From assembly GCA_965248055.1 (NCBI GenBank), contig CBDFIJ010000004.1, positions 768,001 to 832,000 of the forward strand: a stretch of DNA of 64,000 nt, written 5' to 3'. Source of the stretch: Candidatus Multivoradales bacterium. GTDB lineage: Bacteria > Acidobacteriota > Thermoanaerobaculia > Multivoradales > JAHEKO01. The translations under genes were made by a program, and so were the position numbers. The notes under the pieces were generated by a model that saw only the letters and a program-made list of their open reading frames with translations, made no database searches and was not told the DNA's origin. Below, piece by piece: positions 42,707 to 51,092 of the stretch (the stretch's first letter is position 1; each line of letters opens with the position of its first letter).

Positions 42707-43840
42707 TTAGATCTTGATCACGAGGTTCCGTCTGTAGAGTAGCGCCATTGCCCCCCACCACAACCCCAGGTAGCACAGCGCATAGGCGAGGGAGGCATTG
42801 ACGGGTGACAGCCACCCAGCAAAAAAACTCTGGTAGAGCCACGATTGAGCATTGCCGCTCGCGAACTCGGTGCGCAGCAGGTTCGCCAACAAGCTGGAGA
42901 AAACATAAGCCGCCAGTGGATTGACACCAAAGACGATCGCTGGCTTCGCCCACCGAGGCAGACCACGAACGTCGATTAACCAATAGCAAACGGCCAGAAC
43001 TATCAGAGCCACTCCCGCAGTGAACAACACATAGGAACTGGTCCATAAGTTCTTGTTGATCGGAAAAACGGCTCCCCACGCCATACCCAGAACCGTCGCC
43101 ACCACCCCAGCACCCAACATCCCGGTTGCTATTTGCGACCGTTCTCGCCCGGAACGAATCCAGTCGCCAGTAAACACGCCCAGCAAGGTGGTTGCCACTG
43201 CTGGAAAGGTACTGACCAAGCCTTCTGGATCCCACGTGCCTCGGTGCATCGCTCCCAACACCAAGAAACGATCCAACCAAGAGGCAAAATTGCCCTCTGG
43301 CGTCAGGACACCAGGACCTACGTTGGGCACCGGAACCCACTTCATCAGCGCCCAATAGCCAAGAAGCAATCCGGCGGTGATCCATATTTGGGTTCGCTTG
43401 GTGGTCCTGAGCAAGATTAACGAGACCACCAGATAGACGATCGCGATCCGCTGCAAGACTCCGACGATTCGCAGATGGGCGAAATCGAACTTTGGAAACA
43501 GGGCCAGCAGCAACCCAAGAGCAAAGATCACTGCGGCGCGCCGTAGGATCTTGCGGTAGAGAGCTGTGTTCGTCGCTGCCGGTACTGCTGCCGTTCCTAC
43601 TCCTCTCGATTGAGGTGAGTCCCTATATCGAGCCAGTGAAAACGTCATCGCCACCCCAACGATGAACAAGAAGAATGGAAAAACCAGATCGGTTGGCGTC
43701 CATCCATGCCACGTCGCGTGCAGCAATGGCGCATACACATGATTCCAACTGCCGGGGTTGTTGACCAGAATCATCCCGGCAATGGTCAGCCCTCGAAAAG
43801 CGTCGAGAGAAGCCAAACGGTCGGTGGAGCTCGATTTCAT
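42707..43840 (-). CDS. HGSNAT/DUF5009-like membrane acyltransferase
   Basis: SLDAFRG..IAGMILVNNPG, DLVFPFFLF, GVLQRI, DPEG, INKNLWTSSY. Confidence 0.9.
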   Translation of the reverse strand: MKSSSTDRLASLDAFRGLTIAGMILVNNPGSWNHVYAPLLHATWHGWTPTDLVFPFFLFIVGVAMTFSLARYRDSPQSRGVGTAAVPAATNTALYRKILRRAAVIFALGLLLALFPKFDFAHLRIVGVLQRIAIVYLVVSLILLRTTKRTQIWITAGLLLGYWALMKWVPVPNVGPGVLTPEGNFASWLDRFLVLGAMHRGTWDPEGLVSTFPAVATTLLGVFTGDWIRSGRERSQIATGMLGAGVVATVLGMAWGAVFPINKNLWTSSYVLFTAGVALIVLAVCYWLIDVRGLPRWAKPAIVFGVNPLAAYVFSSLLANLLRTEFASGNAQSWLYQSFFAGWLSPVNASLAYALCYLGLWWGAMALLYRRNLVIKI

Positions 43841-43984
43841 AACTTGGTGCAAGCGATTCGTCTACGGTACGTGGCGCACGCTACAACACCAAGAGTTCGT
43901 AAATTGGTAGTGCCTTTACCCCCTCCTCCCCTTGCCCTAAAATCTCATCCCCGCGGAACCCTCCGCACCGGAGACCTCCCCCGG

Positions 43985-44060
43985 GCCGACGTAGCTCAGT
44001 TGGTAGAGCAATTGATTCGTAATCAATAGGTCAGCGGTTCAAATCCGCTCGTCGGCTCCA
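43985..44060 (+). tRNA. tRNA-Thr (anticodon CGT)
   Basis: GCCGACG acceptor stem, ATTGA-TT-CGT-AA-TCAAT anticodon arm, GTTCAA T-loop, CCA. Confidence 0.97.
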
Positions 44061-44142
44061 ACCTTTTCTCTTCAACTCAAACTTGCAGCATCGTGTCCGA
44101 TAGCTGCAGATCTACTCTCAAGTTCATGGGCCACCATGTGGG

Positions 44143-44254
44143 TGGAGTTGACTCCCAATTTAGTGGACACCCAGTTTAGCTCTCATTAAGCGAGAGTGGT
44201 TTGTTTGCCAACCGCTGCAGAATCAGCAAGTCGGGATTCATAGGCGACAGGACT
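44143..44254 (-). mobile_element. IS3-family right-end remnant
   Basis: Minus strand reads SPVAYESRL...TTLA* and is followed by an IR-like end (TGGAGTTGACTCCCAATTTAGTGGACACCC on +). Confidence 0.55.
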
Positions 44255-44526
44255 GGAGCTGGAGGAGGCTTCACTTAGCGCCCGTCAGCTCCGCGCCGCT
44301 CGGCGTACACCTCACAGTGGCCGCACCGTAGCGGTCATTGCGAAATCGTCTAACGCCATGAAGTAGGCGCGTCAAACGGCCCAATTTGAACCTATCCAAG
44401 GGCCGCCAATTGTCTGGGATCTTGAAGCCACCGTCAGGTGGCCATGTGCGTTGCTGTAGTGTGCCCCTGGAACTATGGAGAAGTATTCGATCCCGTAGAT
44501 AGCACCATCAATCCGCGCCGAGGTCC

Positions 44527-46353
44527 TTATCGACCGGTCGGTTTGCGCCTGGTCGTCTTTGTGCTCCGAGTTTTCTTTTTGGCGGTGCTGGGCTTTCTCG
44601 TGGTGGATTTTCGCGCCGCAGATTTCGCCGTTTTGGTTGACCGGCTCTTCGCGCTGGTTTTGGAGCTAGCGCTAGTCTTCGACGTAGCCTTGGTCTTGGG
44701 CGCGGTTTTTTTCTTCGTCTTGGCCTGTGCTTTGGGCTTAGTCTTTGATTTGGCCTTGGTCTTAGATTTTGCGGAGGGGCTACTAGTTGTCGCCAACGCC
44801 GGTATTCTCTCCGATCCACCAAAGCCATCAACGATGAGATAGTCGAAGTAGTCCAGTTCGCAGTTCATCCGCCCGGCGAATTTCTGCCATTCCGCGCTCG
44901 AAACAGATTGGGGCTTCCGCGGTTCGTCTTCGTCGGTTTGAAAAATACGGCCCTGGGTTTTCTCTTCCAGCGCAGTTCGTATCGACGGCAAGGGGTGGCG
45001 CCAGGGAGGGGTGTTCTTAGTCATGGCCCATTCGTTAACCGCGGGTACCATGGCAGTGAATTCTGAAGCGTACTGGTCTTGCCCCATCCAAGACAGATTG
45101 GCGTAGTCATCGTCTGGGGTCCCATTTAAAGTCGCGTTGTGGCTGCCATGGTGACCGACCTTGTAGAGCACGGTACGCCCGAGTAGGTCTCGTGTCTTGT
45201 CTTGGTCACCGTCTTTCCACGGACAGTCGCTCCACGAGATCCAGTTACCACGCTGAGCGTCACCAACAAACAGCAGCACCTTGTTGGACTTCGGAAGTTC
45301 AAAGGCTAGGACCAAACTGGTGTTATTGATTCCTCTATTGAGCTTCAGTGCCAGGCTTTCGGCGGAGTAAAGCCACTCATCATCGATACGGCGCCAAGAC
45401 ACTCCGTCTGCCACCTCTTCGCTCTGCAACTCACCACTCTCCAACTCATCGGGATCAGCAACAGCACTCTCCGAACCGTAGTAGCGCGCGAAGAATTCAT
45501 CTTGCAGTCCCCCCCCAGGCGGGAGCTGAAATGGGCGACCAAACGGGGACCTTGGCAGAGTCTGATTCTCGGTCTCTTTGACTGCGGCCGAAAACGACAG
45601 GCCGTGGGAATCGGTATCGGAGAATCCTTCGTCTCCTACCGGGTCTTCGTCGGTTAAGAGGTCTTCACTTTTGGGCGGCCCTAAGACATAGGCCTTGATG
45701 CCTTCGGTCCCTCGTACTTTTTCAATTCTCCCCGGTTCCAAATACTCGACCCCTTGGTTCAGGGACGCCTTATCTTTGACCAGTTTGATCGCTTGCTTGT
45801 TGGTCGACTTGCTCGGTTCCGTGGCGGCGAGAATCATTTCAGCCTGATCGAAGCCATCACTCTCGCCCCCGAGTTCAAGATTCAGTAGGCTGTCGAGCCG
45901 ACCTATCTCCGGCGTGTCAGCGCCCACTACGTTAGCGAGTTGAAGACGGGCGTTGATCAGCCCGAGTAGCTGGTCGCGATGGCGGATGCGCAGCTCAATG
46001 GCGAGCTGGTCGGTCGGACTCTCAGTCCACGCCAGCCACGCCTGCTCGATGACAAAGTCTTTGAAATAAGGGTCGTTTTTCTTCCAGATGCCGTTTACAT
46101 GGTCTTGGTGTTCGTGGGTAATGACCATCAAATCCAATCGAAATCCAGTCGCTTCGCCGATGTGATTGACGATCTCTTGGATCTTGGTTCCGTGGACGAA
46201 GTTCTGCGAGCCGGGTTTGAGGCCACAATCAATCAAAACGTACACCGGTTTTCCACCGCCCTGGCGGGGAAAGGCGAGTAAGAAACAATCGCCGTGACCC
46301 TGTCGATACATGCGAACGGTCACTCCGTTCTCAACCGCTTCAAGCCTGGGCAT
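44527..46353 (-). CDS. MBL-fold metallo-hydrolase (ComEC/Rec2-like) with Lys/Ser/Thr-rich histone-like C-terminal tail
   Basis: GHGDCFLL, IDCG, THEHQDH, NNTSLVL, GDAQ, KVGHHGSHNAT; about 85-aa basic tail. Confidence 0.88.
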   Translation of the reverse strand: MPRLEAVENGVTVRMYRQGHGDCFLLAFPRQGGGKPVYVLIDCGLKPGSQNFVHGTKIQEIVNHIGEATGFRLDLMVITHEHQDHVNGIWKKNDPYFKDFVIEQAWLAWTESPTDQLAIELRIRHRDQLLGLINARLQLANVVGADTPEIGRLDSLLNLELGGESDGFDQAEMILAATEPSKSTNKQAIKLVKDKASLNQGVEYLEPGRIEKVRGTEGIKAYVLGPPKSEDLLTDEDPVGDEGFSDTDSHGLSFSAAVKETENQTLPRSPFGRPFQLPPGGGLQDEFFARYYGSESAVADPDELESGELQSEEVADGVSWRRIDDEWLYSAESLALKLNRGINNTSLVLAFELPKSNKVLLFVGDAQRGNWISWSDCPWKDGDQDKTRDLLGRTVLYKVGHHGSHNATLNGTPDDDYANLSWMGQDQYASEFTAMVPAVNEWAMTKNTPPWRHPLPSIRTALEEKTQGRIFQTDEDEPRKPQSVSSAEWQKFAGRMNCELDYFDYLIVDGFGGSERIPALATTSSPSAKSKTKAKSKTKPKAQAKTKKKTAPKTKATSKTSASSKTSAKSRSTKTAKSAARKSTTRKPSTAKKKTRSTKTTRRKPTGR

Positions 46354-46355
46354 CG

Positions 46356-48440
46356 CTACACCTCCTCCAGGTCATGCAGCAAAGCAAACGGCTCGCTTCT
46401 CATACCGTGCCGCTGAACGCCAAAGCGATCAGCTACTCCAGCATCAAATGCGTTGGCCGTGGCATTCCCTTCGCCTAAGCGAAATCGCCGAACCCGTTCT
46501 AGCTGCTTGTCATCAGCGACATCACCGACCGTTCTCATCACTCGACGAACCTGTTGGCTGGAAGGGTCGATGAGAAGGGTACACCCCGCTCGATACTTAA
46601 AGTCAGGTTTGTCGTTTTCAAGTGGAATCTCACCACCATCAATGGCTCGTTGCTTCTTACGATCAAAATACCCCCGCCGCCGCTGGGTGATCTCAACCAC
46701 CAAGTGGGTTCTTGGACCCCCGTAAGCGGTACGGCGAATTGCCGGTCGTACCGAATGCACTTCAATCGTTGGCTCCAGGCCGCCGCCGTAGTCCTTCGAA
46801 TAGACGGTCGGGGGAACGCCGCCAGGGTGATCCGCACCTACCAAACCAAAAGCCTTCGAATATGCACGTCCATAACTGTCTCCGCCCTCGCGCAACCATC
46901 GCCATAGGGCTGCTGAGACCTTGTCCATCCGCTGCCAGACCTCGAACCGATTGCTTCCCCGTGTCCAGTCCAAGCCTTCCTGCGACAAAAATCCTTTCCT
47001 AAATGACGACTTGCCGCGCTGGAGATGCTTAGTGAGGTCTGCTTCGGTGGTTGTTCGTTGATGTTCAAGCGCCGCCATACGCTCGTCACCAGTAGGCCAA
47101 GCCAACGCGTCCTGCCCCATGCAAGTCACGCCTCGAGGATGTATCCCCCACTCGCGAAAACTTTCAATAAAAACCACTCGGTAGCCATGTTGATCTGCTG
47201 GGTCAGAGTCCAAATCTGCAGTCACGATCCCTCTCAAGAAATCACCGAAGGTGATATCGACCGGGGGGCAATAGTCGATCGCTCGAATACACATCTGTAA
47301 TACACGGTCGGCAGATTCGGCCCCCTCAATCGCGAGACGACGGATCAGATCTGGGTGGAGATCGCCTTCTGGGAGTACTCCGGTACCGTTGGTGGCAATG
47401 CGGAATAGATCAGCGGTACGAGCTCGATAGATCAGAAGAAAGGCGCTAAAAACTGCTGCAACCAGAACCGCCCCGCGAGCATGGGGGCCACGGGTTCTCT
47501 CAAGCTTGTGGGGGTCTGGGGTAGCAGGCTGCCAAACACCAGTTTGCTTGTCTTCAGCTCCCAACGCGTCGCGCAGCGCCGAGCCCCGACCGGTGGCGCG
47601 GCCAAACTGCTGCGCCAACTGGCTGAGGAGGTTTTCGCTGTCGAGATCTCCCTGAGTCCGGCGGATCTGACTCTCCAGTACGCTCGGATAGGAGAAATGC
47701 TGAAACAAAGCGACAATATCGGCAAACGCCTCATGGAAAGCATGTACGTCTGGATTGGTTGGCTCGTTAAAACGTGGATGGACACCATCGAGCAAAGCGT
47801 GGGTCACCTCGTGGGCAATGATGTCGTGCGAAAGACAGGTGAATACCAAAGTCCCTGGGGTGTTGTACTTATCCTTGGTGGCCACCGGGAAGTAGCCGAA
47901 TAGAAGTGCCTTCTTGCTCGGGCTGTAGTAGGCGTTGCGATCCCGCAATGCGTGGGGATAGATCCTAAGCCGCCTGACAAATTGAACGACATATCCTTGT
48001 TCCTTAGTCCAGGTCCAATGGTCTGCCCAAAACGCGACCCGGCCCAAAGCACGCTCAAACTGCTGGATGGTCCGCATCGCCACTGCGTACACCATCTGCT
48101 GATGAAACTGCGGATTGGACTCCGAAGGAGTCAGGCCGTCCTGGGCCAAGAGATGACCATCATTGAGGTCAACCGGGTGATAGAAAACTCCGCTAGCGGG
48201 ATCGTGATCAACCACCTCGAGGTACTCGCCCACCGGGCCAGGCTGAAGCCCTGGTTCCCACGGCATCTCGAGCGTAATCTGGTTGAATTCGCAAGTATCC
48301 AATCGGGTTGCAAGGCTCGGATCGAAAGAAAACGATCGCAAGCGCCTCGATACTGGGGGTACCACTGGAGGCTGCATGGTTTGTTTAGCCCCTGGTCTTT
48401 CAGTCGATAGCATCACTCTTGGACCTCCCTGACCAGCCAC
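46356..48440 (-). CDS. M4-like gluzincin metallopeptidase, no obvious signal peptide
   Basis: NAYYS, DIIAHEVTH (HExxH), HEAFAD (third ligand Glu), GPHARG. Confidence 0.85.
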   Translation of the reverse strand: MAGQGGPRVMLSTERPGAKQTMQPPVVPPVSRRLRSFSFDPSLATRLDTCEFNQITLEMPWEPGLQPGPVGEYLEVVDHDPASGVFYHPVDLNDGHLLAQDGLTPSESNPQFHQQMVYAVAMRTIQQFERALGRVAFWADHWTWTKEQGYVVQFVRRLRIYPHALRDRNAYYSPSKKALLFGYFPVATKDKYNTPGTLVFTCLSHDIIAHEVTHALLDGVHPRFNEPTNPDVHAFHEAFADIVALFQHFSYPSVLESQIRRTQGDLDSENLLSQLAQQFGRATGRGSALRDALGAEDKQTGVWQPATPDPHKLERTRGPHARGAVLVAAVFSAFLLIYRARTADLFRIATNGTGVLPEGDLHPDLIRRLAIEGAESADRVLQMCIRAIDYCPPVDITFGDFLRGIVTADLDSDPADQHGYRVVFIESFREWGIHPRGVTCMGQDALAWPTGDERMAALEHQRTTTEADLTKHLQRGKSSFRKGFLSQEGLDWTRGSNRFEVWQRMDKVSAALWRWLREGGDSYGRAYSKAFGLVGADHPGGVPPTVYSKDYGGGLEPTIEVHSVRPAIRRTAYGGPRTHLVVEITQRRRGYFDRKKQRAIDGGEIPLENDKPDFKYRAGCTLLIDPSSQQVRRVMRTVGDVADDKQLERVRRFRLGEGNATANAFDAGVADRFGVQRHGMRSEPFALLHDLEEV

Positions 48441-50234
48441 TCAACGTGCAGCGGCAATTGCATCCCTGACACTCTTCGGCAAATCAAAACCTTCTGGTAA
48501 GCCCTCTATTCCCTGAAGATATTGGTCGAAATCGCTCACCGAGGCTAAGTACCGAAGAAGGTTTTTCGGGCGGTAAGGAACGAACTTAGCGTCAGATTCA
48601 CCCCATTGAGGTGATTCCGCCGCAAGTCGCACTAAGACAGACGGATGTATCGCAAGCCCAGCCGGTTCGGATTCGGAGAGCTTGCGCACCCCCTTTCCGT
48701 TGCGCAAGGTCAGCGTTTGAATCACTCGCCAATGTAATTTGTCGGACTTGTAGAGCCGACCATACGGATTCGGGTCGTAATGTTTGAGATACTCCCAGTC
48801 AATTCCCAGTCCCTGACCTCGCGCTTCCGTCAACAACCATCTGAGCGCCGTATTGGCTAAACCATCATTAACATAGCCGCCACCGACATTGGTGTGGACT
48901 CCTGCAAACCATCTTTGCTTCAGGGTCTGGCGACCATTAGCGGACGAGCGTTTCTGCCAGATTCGCGGGCAAAAATCTGCCCTGCGTTCATCAATCGCCA
49001 AGGCCTGGCGGGCATTTCTTACCCCGGCAGGGACTTCGACTCCGACGTGCACCCGCTCACGACGTTTGCCAATCGACAACACCGTGTCCCATAGGCCTAA
49101 GAAGTCCACCGGAGCCGGATTTATGTCGCCCACAATTTCGAGAGCCTGTTGCTTCGCCTTGTCTGGAGATTTCCCTTCCTTCAAGCGGCGGGCTATGCGT
49201 TCATCCAATATATTTTTCCGCGCTTTTCCACCGCTTATCTTGCCGTTTAAGAATTCATCGAAGTAGCGAGGAATCCAATAGGAATCCTCGGCAGGCAGCA
49301 CTCCACCCATCCAATCAATGAATCGCGCCAAACCTCTTGCCGAACTTGCCCCGCGGCTGAATTCAAACAAATAAATCTCGTCGCCGGGCCGGAAATTGAG
49401 AGACAGAAAGGTATACGCATCCTCAACGTTGCCCTCAAACCCTGCGCCCGCGGCACCGCCAAATAACTTGTCAATCGTCCGGTGAACTCGGTTTGAAAAT
49501 CCGGGGAACTTACGCAATGCGCCGACCCCGATGTCGTAGTAAGCAATTTGAGGTATTCCACGACTCGGATCAAGACCGCGTTGTCGGTAAACGCCTGCGA
49601 TCTGCTGCTTGTCAACCCAGAATCCCGACTCCAGAACATCTGCGACAACCGGCAAGCGGCCTATTCCCTGAGGGGTGACGAAAATTTCCATAGCCCGCTG
49701 ATCGCCGCCAACTGCTCGCGCTCGTACCGTGGGATGCGGGGTCGTACTCGCGGCATAGTGGTTCTTACTCGGACCTTCGGTGTTGATCGCCTGACGAAGG
49801 TTCTTGAGCGTCCGCACCATCTCTTCACCCGGGTCGTCTGAGGGATTTGGTGAGGCGATTTGAACATGCCCATCAACATCCGTGAGCTGCTCTTGAAAAG
49901 TGAAGACCTTGCCGTCAATAGTCACCGTCTCCCCAACTTGCGGTTGCCCGGTAAGAACAAGGGTGGCCGTGGTGTCATCCAGCTCCTTGACCGCTCGACA
50001 GGCTTTCAGCACATTACTTGGTTTGAGCACCAAGTCGCCGTCATCCCGCTCCTTCTGCTTGGCCGGATTGCTCCAAGTTCCATCCATACAAATAACGATG
50101 TGCTTAGGACTCGTCGGTGCTACGTCTGGGTCGGGCTGGGCGGACACTGGATTGGATTCGGTCATCATAATCAGGCCTCCGATGAGCAAGCAAAATAGCG
50201 CTCGATGGGTTTCTGCATATGTTCTCAAGCTCAC
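48441..50234 (-). CDS. DUF2235/Tle1-like alpha/beta-hydrolase with signal peptide and an inserted domain
   Basis: ICMDGTW, SNV, YYDIGVG, FSRG, LWDTV, ALAIDERR, WFAGVHTNVGGG. Confidence 0.88.
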   Translation of the reverse strand: MSLRTYAETHRALFCLLIGGLIMMTESNPVSAQPDPDVAPTSPKHIVICMDGTWSNPAKQKERDDGDLVLKPSNVLKACRAVKELDDTTATLVLTGQPQVGETVTIDGKVFTFQEQLTDVDGHVQIASPNPSDDPGEEMVRTLKNLRQAINTEGPSKNHYAASTTPHPTVRARAVGGDQRAMEIFVTPQGIGRLPVVADVLESGFWVDKQQIAGVYRQRGLDPSRGIPQIAYYDIGVGALRKFPGFSNRVHRTIDKLFGGAAGAGFEGNVEDAYTFLSLNFRPGDEIYLFEFSRGASSARGLARFIDWMGGVLPAEDSYWIPRYFDEFLNGKISGGKARKNILDERIARRLKEGKSPDKAKQQALEIVGDINPAPVDFLGLWDTVLSIGKRRERVHVGVEVPAGVRNARQALAIDERRADFCPRIWQKRSSANGRQTLKQRWFAGVHTNVGGGYVNDGLANTALRWLLTEARGQGLGIDWEYLKHYDPNPYGRLYKSDKLHWRVIQTLTLRNGKGVRKLSESEPAGLAIHPSVLVRLAAESPQWGESDAKFVPYRPKNLLRYLASVSDFDQYLQGIEGLPEGFDLPKSVRDAIAAAR

Positions 50235-50240
50235 TTCGGC

Positions 50241-51022
50241 CTACACCCCCGCGGCCTTCACCGCCTCGATAAAGAGCCTAGCCACCTTCTTCGCCCCACT
50301 CGCGCCTGGGTGAATCTCGTCTTTCCAGTCACGGGGTTCCAAAGTATTTCTGGTTTCAACACGAACCAATCTACCAACGCCGCGGGGCTCAGCAGCCACC
50401 ACATCGATCGCATCGACCAAGCATCGATCAAGAAGCGAATTACCTCTTGTTGTATCGCTTGGGGAATACTGCGTTGTTTGAAATATGGGGCCATCCAAGG
50501 GCCCGCAACCTTGACCCCAAGCAATTTGACCGGCTTGTTGGAAGGAATCGCGTAATCATACGAATTGGCGAAGACCTTCGCTTGCTGGCCGGCGTCAGAC
50601 ATCATGTCCAACAATTCCCGGTAGCAATCTTGAATCTGGCGCACGCGGCGCTCGTAGCGCGAAAACGCGACCACATCTTGGGGGCTCATTCCCCATTGGA
50701 AAGGTCTCAGCAGCGGTAACAGATCTGGACCAACGATGTCGTTGCCTCCTGCAGAGAAGAGCAAAGCATCCAATTTCCAACGCAATAACCGCTTGCGCAG
50801 CTTGCTTCGTTGCCCGCCGGACATGATCGTCATGATCTCGTCTCCAGCCTTTTCAAGACGTAGCAGCGACCATGCCCGCTGGGAACCTCCAACTTGATCC
50901 AACTTCCCGATTACATTGGCATAGGAGAACCAGGAATCACCTTCGCTATGAACCACCGGCCAACTTGGATGATCCTTCCGGCAGCGCTCAAAATCGCCAA
51001 TGTAGTGTCTCTTGTACGCCAC
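50241..51022 (-). CDS. SGNH/GDSL hydrolase; apparent 1-nt frameshift near 50420
   Basis: Block I EGDSWF and block III SAGGND in ORF 50258..51022; block V WKDEIHP in ORF 50241..50498. Confidence 0.8.
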
Positions 51023-51092
51023 TCTGTACTCCTTTCAAAAAACCATCCCTTTATTGTCTTGCTCAGTCCGCCGCGATAAGACTCGGTAACGG

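Noticed and set aside
44438-44842. Very hydrophobic 134-aa plus-strand ORF that looks like a membrane protein
   Set aside because: It is the antisense shadow of the Lys-rich tail of the MBL hydrolase.
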